Below, one piece after another: positions 53,346 through 64,000 of a stretch of DNA of 64,000 nucleotides. A program made the position numbers and the translations under genes. The stretch is from Felis catus (taxonomy: Eukaryota): contig NC_058368.1 in the NCBI RefSeq assembly GCF_018350175.1, forward strand, positions 33,978,001-34,042,000, read 5' to 3'. Under the pieces are notes generated by a model. That model was not told where the DNA came from. It did no database searches and saw only the letters and a program-made list of their open reading frames with translations. Position 1 is the stretch's first letter. Each line of letters starts with the position of its first letter.

Positions 53346-55597
53346 ACCAACAACCTGTAATTCTGTAATTTAGATGTTATTTCCACATTACTAAAAAAGA
53401 GATTATAGCTCTGCAATTATTCTTATACTTTAAGTGTCCTCAGGATATGTTGTTTCATGTAGCAGTAAATAGGAGGGAAGAAAACCTAGATTCTGATTTA
53501 GTTTTGCCACTTGTTATTTTAACTGTGAAATTCGGGACCCTTTTGAAAAAATAACAATGACCTATCTTCTTTAGAGATGAAATTCAAATGTATTGATATA
53601 TGTGAATAGAGTTTGTAAACTCTATACATATATGATATTGTAACAGTTCTATTAGCAATAAGAAGAGATGGTTGATAAAATTATATTCATTTGTAACTAT
53701 TACCTGGGTTTTCTAAACCGGTATTTTTAACTTTCAACAGACAACATTTTATGAAAATATTATTTCATTCTAGAATACAAAAAGGAAACTGCACTTGGTA
53801 TAAAATTATTTAAATCCTCAGTTTTAGACAGCTAAATCCTTCTTATTTTGTTAATTTTTATGAGTAGATTTAAAATTTCACATAAACTAATTTATTTAGC
53901 CCTGACACTTTAAGAAAGAATATCATGTTATATGAATAGAAGAACATGTTAAAATAGAATATCATTAGAAAATGTCAATGTTGATTCAAAGAGATTATTT
54001 TAACAATGAAATAATTTTTTGCAAACAAAAAAATAAGGAAAATAATTGGACTGTTTTAAATGTCTTAGAATCAGTTCTTTGCACTGTCTTAAACTGTATC
54101 CAGTAAGATATATTACATTTTTCAAAGCATTAATAGTGAGATTTAAATTTATTTTTATCATTTCCATTGGGTAAAAGAAGTTAGTGGTTCTCTTTTTTTA
54201 AGCAAGGTATAAGATTTTACACATTTTAAGCATTAACAATAGAGATTAGAAAAGAATTATAAATTGAAATTCACAACGAGGAAAAAACCATTTTCCTTCT
54301 AAATGGCAGTGAAACTGCTGAAGTTTTTATGTGTGTTAGTAGAAGAAAGGAGTCGAATATGAAGGGTGGCAGTGCTCTCATCTGCTTAAATTCCTCCCAC
54401 GTCCATAATTGATTGACATACTCTCAACAAACTGATAATTGCCCACTTGATTTGTTTTAAATAATTCTCATTTTTTTTAAAGTAGACTTAAATTGTTAGG
54501 AAATACTTACATCAAGTGGAATCATTTGTGGGATTTTTTTTTGGTCTTTTATCCTTTATTTATTTATTCATTATTAAAACTTTACTTTTTTAGAGCAATC
54601 ATCTGCTTTTTTTTGTTTTTTTTTTACAGTGGAAAATCCATTTTTTATGAAAGCAATCTTCTGTTCATTTAGGCACCTGCTCATGTTTTCAAATACCCCT
54701 CTCTCCATTGAGCTTGTTTTCATTAAGCTGAAAACCTATGAATTCAGGTTGTTTTCCCACTCTTTCTAGACTTTCATGGCTATGCAGAGTTTTTCCTATT
54801 TATTCATAAAATACAATTCTTTTTATGCAGAGTAGCTATGTTGGAGAAAAGCAATTTAGCAAATTTTGCATGAGTATTTCATGCTAGAAATCTAAGATGA
54901 CTTTCTTTATTCCTGATGAGATAATTAGTTTTGTAAGCTATCATCTGATTTATGTTAATATAACATATACTATATACAACTCATATAGAAAAAAATGCAA
55001 AGATTTTGCCAAAAAAAGCGAAATGTGGAAAATGTTGTTAAGAAGCCAAGTGTCTCCTATATCTAACATGAATAGCTCTGTTACCATATAATCTGCTATT
55101 TAAGTTTGTTATAAACACATTTCTACCAAAAGTGAACTGTGAAGCACTTGTTACCAAATCACACCTCTTGAATAAAAACGACTGTCTTTATATTCTCTAT
55201 ATTCTATCTAGAATATTCTAGAATGTTTTTTTAAGATCATAGAATACTAATAATGAAGTAAAACACAGTCTATGTGTTTAGCATCCTTATCCTACAGCTC
55301 AAAACAAAAGTGGCTTTTTTTAAGGCTACCAAGAAAGTTGGAAACAAAATGGAACCAAGACTGTAAGTCTGGCATATTGCACATTAAATGAATTTATCTT
55401 TGTTACATGAAAACAAATAAATCATAATTCTACTTACCTCACCATCAATCTTTCAAATATATTAAAACACATTAGCATTTCAGATATGCTTCAGTTTCTT
55501 CCATGGATAATCAAGTCATAACAGTGGAGCATCTAAATTCTAGGACAGTGAATATCCACAATCTTGATAAAGCACTAAAATGTATATATAGATATAT

Positions 55598-55814
55598 ATT
55601 TAAAGCTTATTTTGTTTTTGAAAGAGAGAGGGGGGGGGCACTGAGGAAGGGCAGGGAGGGAGGTAGAGACAGAGGGAGGAGAGAGAATCCCAAGCAGGCA
55701 CCACACTGTCAGCACAGAGCCTGACGTGGGACTTGAACTCACAAACTGCTAGATCATGACCTGAGCCAAAATCAGGAGTCAGTCACTTAACTGACTGAGC
55801 CTCTCAGGAACCCC
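55598..55814 (-). mobile_element. CAN-SINE
   Basis: Body present; flanks share taaaatgtatat. Confidence 0.9.
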
Positions 55815-55927
55815 AGTAAAATGTATATTTTGATGTTAACAGTGTACACAGAGATTTCAGCAGGTGGATTTTTATCTTGATCTGTTGTATTTTGTGACAT
55901 CATTGACCTATAAAATGTTCTGAATTG

Positions 55928-55943
55928 ATTGCACTTTTGTGTA

Positions 55944-55975
<32 letters not shown>

Positions 55976-56031
55976 GCATATATATATATATATATATTGC
56001 ACTTTTGTGTGTGTGTATATATATATGTATG

Positions 56032-56080
<49 letters not shown>
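55928..56080. repeat. Compound (TG)n/(TA)n microsatellite with duplicated attgcacttttgtgt anchor
   Basis: Seen directly. Confidence 0.95.
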
Positions 56081-56081
<1 letters not shown>

Positions 56082-58625
56082 GAAAGAATATATAGAAGGA
56101 TACATATAGAAGGAGGAGAGGGGTTTTGGAGTTATTTGTTTGCTGTGCTTATTCTTTAAATAGCTTATGATCATTCATGTGCTTATTTTAATTACCATTA
56201 CTGGGAGATACTCTTAGGGACAAACTTTTCTTAGTGACCTGATAGATAAATTGACGTTACAGAACATTTACATGCACAGTCACAGTTTTGAAGGAAAATC
56301 GGAGTCCTAACATTGATCTTTGGTGTTTTATAAATATCATACTGCTTTCTCTTAATCTTCCAGAGAAACAGCAAGCTGAAAACACCAAAGAGCACCATGT
56401 TGTGTTTTGAACAATTTACTGCAATTCCTAATTTTGAGTACTATGTGGTGAAATGAATTCACCTGTTTTGCAGATATCATTAAATAGTGTGACCCTTTAG
56501 AAAAATATTCCAACATATTGTCTCTCACTCTGAAGCTGATTCATTCAGGTCACAGAGATATAATAATCAGAAATGTTGCCTTGTAGAATGGCCTTAAACA
56601 CTTAAACACTGCCAAAGCCAGTTTTCTGAGGTGAAGGACTCAAATGAGCCGTCACCTTCACGTTATGTAGCATATATTTATAAGGGGGAAAACTGACCTT
56701 TGACACCTTGAGGAAAGTCAAATAAAATGTACCAGCTAATCATTTCATGTCAACAACTGAAGGAAAAAAAATAGAAAATCCTTGACATCTTTATTTCCCC
56801 ACTCGGATTCAGTTCTATGTAAACAGAGCTCCGTTTTGACAACTGTTTAGCTCAAGGCACAGATTTGAAGTATTAAAGATAATGACAGATTTATTAGATT
56901 AACTTTTGCCAGGATCTTTTAGTGTCCTAGATAATTACTAGCCATGGTACATCTGAATGGTTTCGGCGTGTATTATTGGAACGTGTGCATTCCCTTGTAG
57001 GCATTGATGTTGTGTCAAAAGAGATATTAGAGAGTCTATATTTAGTTATGTTACATTGATTTGTGTTTTTAAAGTTTGTATGTGTGTGTCTGTGTGAGTG
57101 TGAAATAATTCATATCGCTGATTTATTTCTTCCCCAAATTAAAAAAAGAGGTCAAGTGTCCTTTCTATCCATTTCCTGAATTTTAAAGAAACTATTCTTT
57201 CAGTTATCTTTCTAATTTTAATTATTGATCTGTCATTCTTTGATTACTCAAGTGAGCACCACCAGACTTGCTTCATCAAATTTGCACATTATATTTCTCC
57301 CTTCTGTTTTGTATGATTAATTCATACAGTCTCTTGGCATACTTGCATTTTCATGCTGGGTAGAATGAAAGTATATACAAGACAATGTATATACTTGTAG
57401 AATGCAATTATATAAAAAGGATCTAATGCCTTTTTATTCTTCTTTTATTTTTGTATGTTGCTTTTTTACTAGCTGCTATATTTATTAGGCTTTTTTACAA
57501 AGCATATTTTTATTACTACTTTTTATAGCTCTTAATTTGGTTTAAAGGTTTTTGATTAGCTTAATATTCTGTATGGATTTCCCTAACATTCCCTTAGTTT
57601 TGTTTGTGGTGGTGCCGATTTTTGTCACAAAAGCAGTAAAGATTTCCTACTGCATTCTTCTACGTATACAGACGAAACATCTTTTAATCCAGTAAATAAA
57701 TATATCATTGTTTTCCAGTTTTAAAGGATTAAAATAATATTAATTTCTAGAAAAATAATGTTAAGATTGTTGATCTTAAATAAAATTTGTATGTCTTTTA
57801 TTTCTTAAATGACCTTTTCAGAAACAAATCCTAGGATGCTAACCTTGACCTTTCTGGGTAGACTATCATTTGTCATGGTTTCCTCAGGAAAAATCTCTGT
57901 CTACACCTGTTGTCCAGACATAATCATTAATAGTGGTCCCTATCACGTTCAAAAATACCCTTGCTTGGGCAATATGTTATGTGGTCACCTTTTATTTATG
58001 GGTGACTACTGCAGAAAAGCAACATAAAAAGAAAAATATATAGATACATAGAATGTGGGAAAAGAACTGTACTCAGGATCAGTAGAGTTATTTATTTATT
58101 TATTTATTTATTTTGCTACTAGCTCTTCTGAACTTCAGTTTTCTTACCTGGAAAATAAAGACATTTTATTGCATGATCTCTAAACCTCTCATCCCTAAAA
58201 CTTAAATTACCACACATAATTACATTTCCTTTGAGATTTAAACTACACAAAGACTGTGTACGCATATAAACAATAGTTACAAGGAAAGAAGTTTGGAGTG
58301 TATGCTTGATTTAAGAGATGGCCTGATTGCGGGACTGTGGGAGTAAATACTGCTTTCTTTTGTTTCCAGTTATGTTGATATTTTCTAACTACCTTTGGAA
58401 AAAATATAAAATAACTGTATCAATGTAGCTGTTATTCTATATGTGAGCAGACAGCCATATACATGGAAACCTGAAACTGACTTAGAAAAGTTCAGACCAA
58501 GTAATTCTGAAAATGAGGTTCTTTCCACAATGTTTAATTAAGAATAAAAGAAGATGTATTTTTTTGAGTCATCATGTCTTTGAATGTTAGTAAACCACAT
58601 GTAAATAACGAATAGAAGGCCAAAT

Positions 58626-58745
58626 GGGGTGCCTGGCTGGCTCAGCTGGTAGAGCATTAGAACATGTGACTCATGATCTTGGGGTTGTGAGTTCAAGCCT
58701 CAGGATGGATGTAGAGAACACTTAAAAATAAAATATTAAAAAAAA
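58626..58745 (+). mobile_element. Short old CAN-SINE
   Basis: ggggtgcctggctggctcagctggtagagcat…gagttcaagcctc…A-rich tail. Confidence 0.88.
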
Positions 58746-59669
58746 GAATAAAAAATAAATCTTCCTCATTATTTTCTCCCACCATTAAGATATGGCAGAA
58801 AAAAAGAATTTTTAATTTAAAAAATCAAAGGAAAACAAAAGCACAACACTTTTCCTAGTTTACCAAATTACCTGTCACTGTATTTCTCTCTTTTGACTCC
58901 CTGATTTTTTTGAAGAAATTCTAGAAGTAGAGTGTGGAAAAAGACCTGTATGGTAGATGTGGGACATGAGTTCTAACCTTCAATCTGCTTCTAGTTTGTG
59001 GGCGGCCCAAGTGAAACCCTTTACCTTTCTGGCATTTCTAGATTTTTCCACCAAAGTATCCCTAAAGGCAGAGGGCAGTAAATGCATACATAGGAGTCTT
59101 CTCACAACTGCTAGAGTTATTGGATTCTCATGTTCTAATTGTAAAATACCCATAATTTTGCTTTCTGTTTTATAATATTTGTTTTAACATGGAAGTAATG
59201 ATTTAAATTGTTTTCCATCTAGTCATTTTATCCTTCAGGAAAATGTGCCTCGTCTATTTTTGTGAATCTTGAATACCCAAGCATAGAGATAAAACCTCAG
59301 TGTTTCTGGAGTTCTGATTTCATTCATTCCAAAAATGCCCTGGAGGAAAAGAAACATATATTTATGACTTTTTCACTGCAACTGTGTGTTATTTATACAG
59401 CCCCTAAAAGATACGTATGTTACTCATTTTATGCTTGAATTTGGGGTGAGAAGTATTCTACTGAGCATATTGAAAATAAAAGCAACAGCAATAATGGCAT
59501 GTTTTGTTGGGGAATGCTAAACCACTGAGTCCCAAGATGAGTGGCTTTCTCTTCCAACAGGCTCCACATTCACACTCAGTCTGTGAACAAGTTGTATTGT
59601 ACTTTCTTGGACTTGCCGCCACTGCCCTGGCATTGCAACTTAATGGCAGCATTCCCTGAGTGGCTTCTG

Positions 59670-59830
59670 TGAACTGTTCTAAGTGCTTTGCATGCATGTG
59701 CTCATTTAACCTTCACAACAGCCCCATGAGGATAGCCCCATTTTGCAGATGAGGAAGTGACGGAACGCGGAAGTTCAGCGGTTTGACCCACAACAGACAG
59801 CGTGAGACGTCAGACCCAGCTATGGGGTTT
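59670..59830 (-). mobile_element. MIR (MIRb-like)
   Basis: ctgttctaagtgctttgcatgc…ctcatttaaccttcacaacagccccatgagg…cccattttgcagatgaggaa matches the MIR core. Confidence 0.85.
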
Positions 59831-62186
59831 GCCAAATTCCATCTCTGGCCTTCTTCATTGTTATTATTTGTAGGCCAAATATTATTTGCATTTGTAGGAA
59901 TACAGTTTTAAAGACTGAAATTTTCAACTGCCCACCCAGAGCGGACAGCCAGAGTCAAAGACTCTAGGACACGGCTGCCCTCTCATTGCCTGCACCGCGC
60001 CCTTGGAGTACTGAAAGAACTCTGCAGTGTGATATGCAGCTGCGTGTCGCAAGACAAGCGGTGTCTGATTTATAAATGACCCACATACACAGCAGAACAC
60101 TCTCCCTTCCTCATTGTCTTTGCCACATTCTGAACCCCTGCTGCTGGCTGTGCCTTCAGAAAGCGGGAAAAGGAAATAGCTGTTAGAAGCAGGGCCGGCT
60201 AGGGATGCTGGCAGGCTCCATGTGACACTGGCCTTTCTGTCTCTCTGCACGAGCGTGCGTGCATCTGTGTGTACGCAGGTGCCCGTGCACATTTGTGTGT
60301 GCCGCCCCAATTGTGTTTATATGTCACCGGTTGACTTTGATCAGTTTTCACAGATGAGACCGTTACCTAGTTTGTAAATGTTACCAGTTTTGCAAGGACA
60401 TGGACTCTTTGGCCAAGAAATCCATTAAAAAGTTCAAAAGACGTGCAGTGTTTTCCTCTAAATTTTGAGAGAATTAGGGGTTTATTCAGTCCCATGAATT
60501 TGGATAAACTTAATCAGCTTGCTTTCATGTTTGTATGCACAACGTACACCAGATATGAACTGCTTGGCGTGAAAGAGCGTTTTCTTGAGGGAAGAAAAGC
60601 CTTTAGGTAATTTGGGAGCATAGTAAACTTATTGAGGGAGTCAGTCAGACAATTGATATTTCTCAATTGGGAAAAGAAGGGACGTCTAATAAATTGAAGG
60701 GTGGAAGAAAGAGTGTTAAGTGGAGGAAAGACACAGAAGCGAGAACAAAGGAGATTGGAAGAAAACAAACTCTTACTCATATATCCTCATGGACTCCCTC
60801 CGGTGTCTGGGCTGAAGGGAACCAGCTCCTTCCTCCTCCACTTCCTCTTATGTTTTATTGTTCCTTGTTGCTAGGACTTCAAAATAAAGCCAGAATTAGT
60901 ATTCTTAGTACTATAGTTGGCCACCCTGCGAGTTAAGCAGGTTTTTGTAAACTAAACTAAGAATCTATTTTACTATGGCCTTTTAATGCAATAAAATACA
61001 TGTTGAATTCCAAACTAAGAACAAGGAATAAACTTTCAGAATATAACTCATTTGTACTTGTGGAATATATATAAGCTCAGTATTTTTGCCTGCATAGCCC
61101 TCTAGTGATGTTTGCTTTCTGTCGCAATAAGAATGTTGACTTATCTTTTTCTTTTTACTGCCATTGTTATTATTGAATGAAGGAAATTCACAGAGAAATT
61201 TTCAGATAAGATTTTCTTCTGACATAGTTGGATGTTTTAATATTCTTAGATACCTGTCCTCTGATATCAAAACTAAAATGAATGAGAATTCAGCTACATA
61301 GGTTTGTAATCTCTGAAATTGAATCATAACCCGGCCTGTACCTGTCAGTGTGCCATTTTGTTTTGACATCAAAGTAACATGGATTAAATGATTTCCCTCT
61401 TCTCTTTAGCTATCGTCAAAGATAATGATGATTACATGGCCTATAATGCCTTCATGGCTTTTTGGGAAGCATTACAGATTATAAAATCTGCTCACTAAAG
61501 CAGCCTAATAATAGCTGAACTTTTGTAGAAAACCCAAAGTATATCAAGTATTGTTTCCTTTTGATTACAGTTCTGATAATATAAATCAGTTTTTAAAATT
61601 TAATTTTGCATTCTTTTTCTGGGTCAGCATAATGATTGAGAGCCAAATAGCAAGGAAAAATTAATTTAATAGCTCTTTGCTATTGTAAAGCATAGCTCGG
61701 TGGCTCAAATCCCTACCAAGAACCCACTGAAACTTAAGAGGGAGGCACGGTACTTAGAAGACATTATTTGGAACAGAGTGACAGGGAGCAATTTTCTATG
61801 CTGCAATAAAGCATGCATTGATTTTTCATTTAAAGAAACTGAAATAACATGGAAGAAATATTCTACTGTGAACAGTATAACAAAACAGCAAGAGATACAT
61901 TTCTTGCATTTATGTGTAAGATACTAATGTCAGTTTTTACACACCATTAGATGCAATCACTTCGAGAGATGCGTAACTCGGATCGATTCTTAGGCTTTGC
62001 ACTTGCAAAGAGCACATGAATACTCAATAACTAACATATCCTGATATATATCACTTTCTTTTTTCATTTTTAGGTCGTTCCAAAACAGACCAGTTGTGAG
62101 ATCTGGTTGCATTTCTTTCGTAGAGTTATTTGACGTGTAGTCTTCTCTCCTCCTACAGCATTTGTTTCCTTCATGCAGTGGAGTGC

Positions 62187-62310
62187 TGCTATGGACTCAA
62201 TGTTTGTTTCCTCTCAAAATTCATAGACTGAAACCTATTCTTCAGTATGATGATTTTGGGAGAAGACTAGGGCATAAGGCTAGATAGAGCTCTTTTAGAA
62301 TGGGATTCAT
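62187..62310 (+). mobile_element. MLT1A-like MaLR solo LTR, 5' part
   Basis: tgctatggactcaatgtttgtttcctctcaaaattcatagactgaaacc…gaatgggatt matches the recalled MLT1A 5' end. Confidence 0.8.
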
Positions 62311-62514
62311 GAGGGCGCCTGGTTGGCTCAGTCAGTTAAGCATCTTGACTGTTGGTTTCAGCTCAGGTCATGATTTCACAGTTTGTGGATCAAATCCGGC
62401 ATTGGGCTCTGCACCGACAGTGCAGAACCTGCTTGGGATTCTCTGTCTCCTTCCCTTTCTGCACCTCCCTGTTCATGCTCTCTCAGTCTATCTCAAAAAT
62501 AAATTAACATTAAA
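62311..62514 (+). mobile_element. CAN-SINE (possibly recombinant)
   Basis: Head gggcgcctggttggctcag, body, tail aaaaataaattaacattaaa. No matching direct TSD on its own flanks. Confidence 0.92.
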
Positions 62515-62589
62515 AAACATGATATGATAATAATTTCACCAAAATATACTGTATATTATAATAGTTATATGCATCATTAGCAAAAGTAT

Positions 62590-62615
62590 TTCTTTTTAAG
62601 TTAATTTAGTACACA
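62590..62615. repeat. (CA)n microsatellite
   Basis: Seen directly. Confidence 0.95.
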
Positions 62616-62701
62616 CACACACACACACACACACATTGTGTTTCTTTTGTACTTTATGTCCCAGTATATTAATATTAAATGATCTTTTCTCTGTAAATAC
62701 T

Positions 62702-62831
62702 TACCTTAGTCCTTTTGGGCTATTTTAACAAGCTTTGATAGACTAGATGTTTATAAACAGAAATTTATTTTTTACAGTTCTGGAGGCTGACAAAAAGTCC
62801 AAAATCCAGCAACCTGCAGATTTAGTGTTTG
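62702..62831 (-). mobile_element. MLT1A-like MaLR LTR, 3' part (opposite orientation to the 5' part)
   Basis: cttagtcc…gggctatt…atagact…cagaaatttatttt…acagttctggaggctg…aagtccaaaatc…gcagatttagtgtttg is the reverse complement of the MLT1A 3' end. Confidence 0.8.
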
Positions 62832-62832
62832 A

Positions 62833-62905
<73 letters not shown>

Positions 62906-63027
62906 CCTAAGCAATGTCTACACTCAGCACAGAACCCGATTTAGGGCTGGATCCCACAACCCTGGGATCATGACCTGAGCCAAAATCAGGAGTCAGATGT
63001 TCAACTGACTGAGCCACCGAGGCACCC
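62832..63027 (-). mobile_element. CAN-SINE with expanded (GA)n and no poly(A) tail
   Basis: ~70-nt (GA)n then gagaatcctaagca…gactgagccaccgaggcaccc. Confidence 0.9.
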
Positions 63028-63835
63028 TTAGTATCATGTTTCTTAAGGGAAATATATTTCTGCCATACTTTTTCCACTTAAATTAAAAATCAAGTAAAAT
63101 AAAACAAGTATAAAAATTGACTATTTTAACGTTTATGCATTCATTTCCCATAAAAATGGAAACATTTATTAATACATGCCTTCAGGTAATGCTGAGTAAG
63201 TTTCTAACTGAAAACATGCATGTATTTGAAGCCATATTTATATATATGGAGATGTTTTCTCCTTATAAGAGACTATCTTTTTTTTGTTAATCCAACACTT
63301 ATGCATGTATATGTACATATGTGCATTTTGTTTAAGTTATAAGTCACATTTTGTTCAAGAGCTCACTAGTATAGATGGAAATTTTAAGCAAAGTTTGCAT
63401 TACATATGGTACTGAAGATGTGATTAGTAGACATAAAAATCAAAGTAATAGAGACTGAGGAGAGTAGTTAAGTGAACTTAGAAAATTAGAAAGTAAGCAC
63501 AAGGAGCTATTAATTTGCAGGCATTTAAAGAAAATACTCTATTTCAAAGTATTTGCTACAATTGAATTATCTTACACACACACATGCATACATATATTTT
63601 TTCTTGGATGATTTCAGTTAGGTCTTATACTCAATCTTACTGGCATATGAACCCATCTCTTACACCAAATTTAGTTTATTTATGAACCATAATACAGAAC
63701 ACAACATTTTAATTCATTCATATTTATCTTGTTTTACTCTTCTAGAATACGCTTTTTATTTGCCCCATGTCATTCGCCATAGCAATTTTTTGCCATCTGG
63801 GTATTTTATATTTTGAAGTTTTTTGGGTTTGGGGG

Positions 63836-63885
63836 GTTTTGTTGTTGTTTTGTTTTGTTTTGTTTTGTTTTGTTTGTTTGTTTTG
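63836..63885. repeat. (GTTTT)n/(GTTT)n
   Basis: Seen directly. Confidence 0.92.
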
Positions 63886-63891
63886 ACAATC

Positions 63892-64000
63892 TGTATTTGT
63901 TTCCTAGGTCTGCTGTAACAAAACACTACTAATTGGGTGGCTTCAAAAAACACAGGAATTTATTCTGTCACAGTTCTAGAGGCTAGAAGTCCAAAATTAA
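63892..64000 (-). mobile_element. MLT1 (B/C/D-like) MaLR LTR 3' end, runs off the window
   Basis: tgtatttgtttcctaggtctgctgtaacaaa…tgggtggcttca…tttattctgtcacagttctagaggctagaagtccaaa. Confidence 0.8.

Larger units (their letters stand above)
25785..64000 (+). other. PCDH17: PCDH17 intron 3 (5' portion; the last exon with CM2/WIRS is downstream of the window)
   Basis: Starts gtgagt. No [24 protein letters not shown]-like ORF seen in the window. Confidence 0.85.

Noticed and set aside
54360..54378. CTCF-like motifs (agggtggcagtg; caggtggcaac near 33382)
   Set aside because: Partial matches only; cannot be supported without a PWM score or ChIP data.
55207..55222. 16-bp palindromes (tctagaatattctaga; also catacatatatgtatg at 40948)
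   Set aside because: Short and in low-complexity AT-rich context; no evidence of function.
1..64000. CRISPR array, operon, intact retroelement, processed pseudogene, snoRNA/miRNA or other novel gene system
   Set aside because: The window is mammalian intronic DNA. I saw no regularly spaced repeat-spacer array, no long ORF and no recognisable RNA gene. An Infernal/Rfam scan would be needed to exclude small ncRNAs formally.

Overview
Mammalian nuclear DNA from a feliform carnivore (cat-like), judged by about 22 tRNA-derived CAN-SINE copies, many of the feliform SINEC_Fc type. The window lies inside the protocadherin-17 gene (PCDH17, + strand). It holds the 3' part of intron 1, coding exon 2 (25420-25478), a 133-nt intron 2, coding exon 3 (25612-25784, cytoplasmic CM1 motif) and the first ~38 kb of intron 3. 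Exon numbering assumes the usual 4-exon structure. The rest is AT-rich intron with SINEs, L1/L2/MIR fragments, DNA-transposon and MaLR LTR relics, and microsatellites. Apart from the exon-3 ORF, the ORF track looks spurious. I see no new gene system. The best leads are: a probable micro-inversion between two inverted SINEs near 62-63 kb, a triple TG/CAG/TAG acceptor at exon 3, a candidate recursive-splice (RS-exon) site at 15.35 kb, a twin-primed L1 with a nested SINE, and a CpG-rich patch near 60 kb. Repeat family names are recognised from memory of consensus sequences, and repeat boundaries are approximate.
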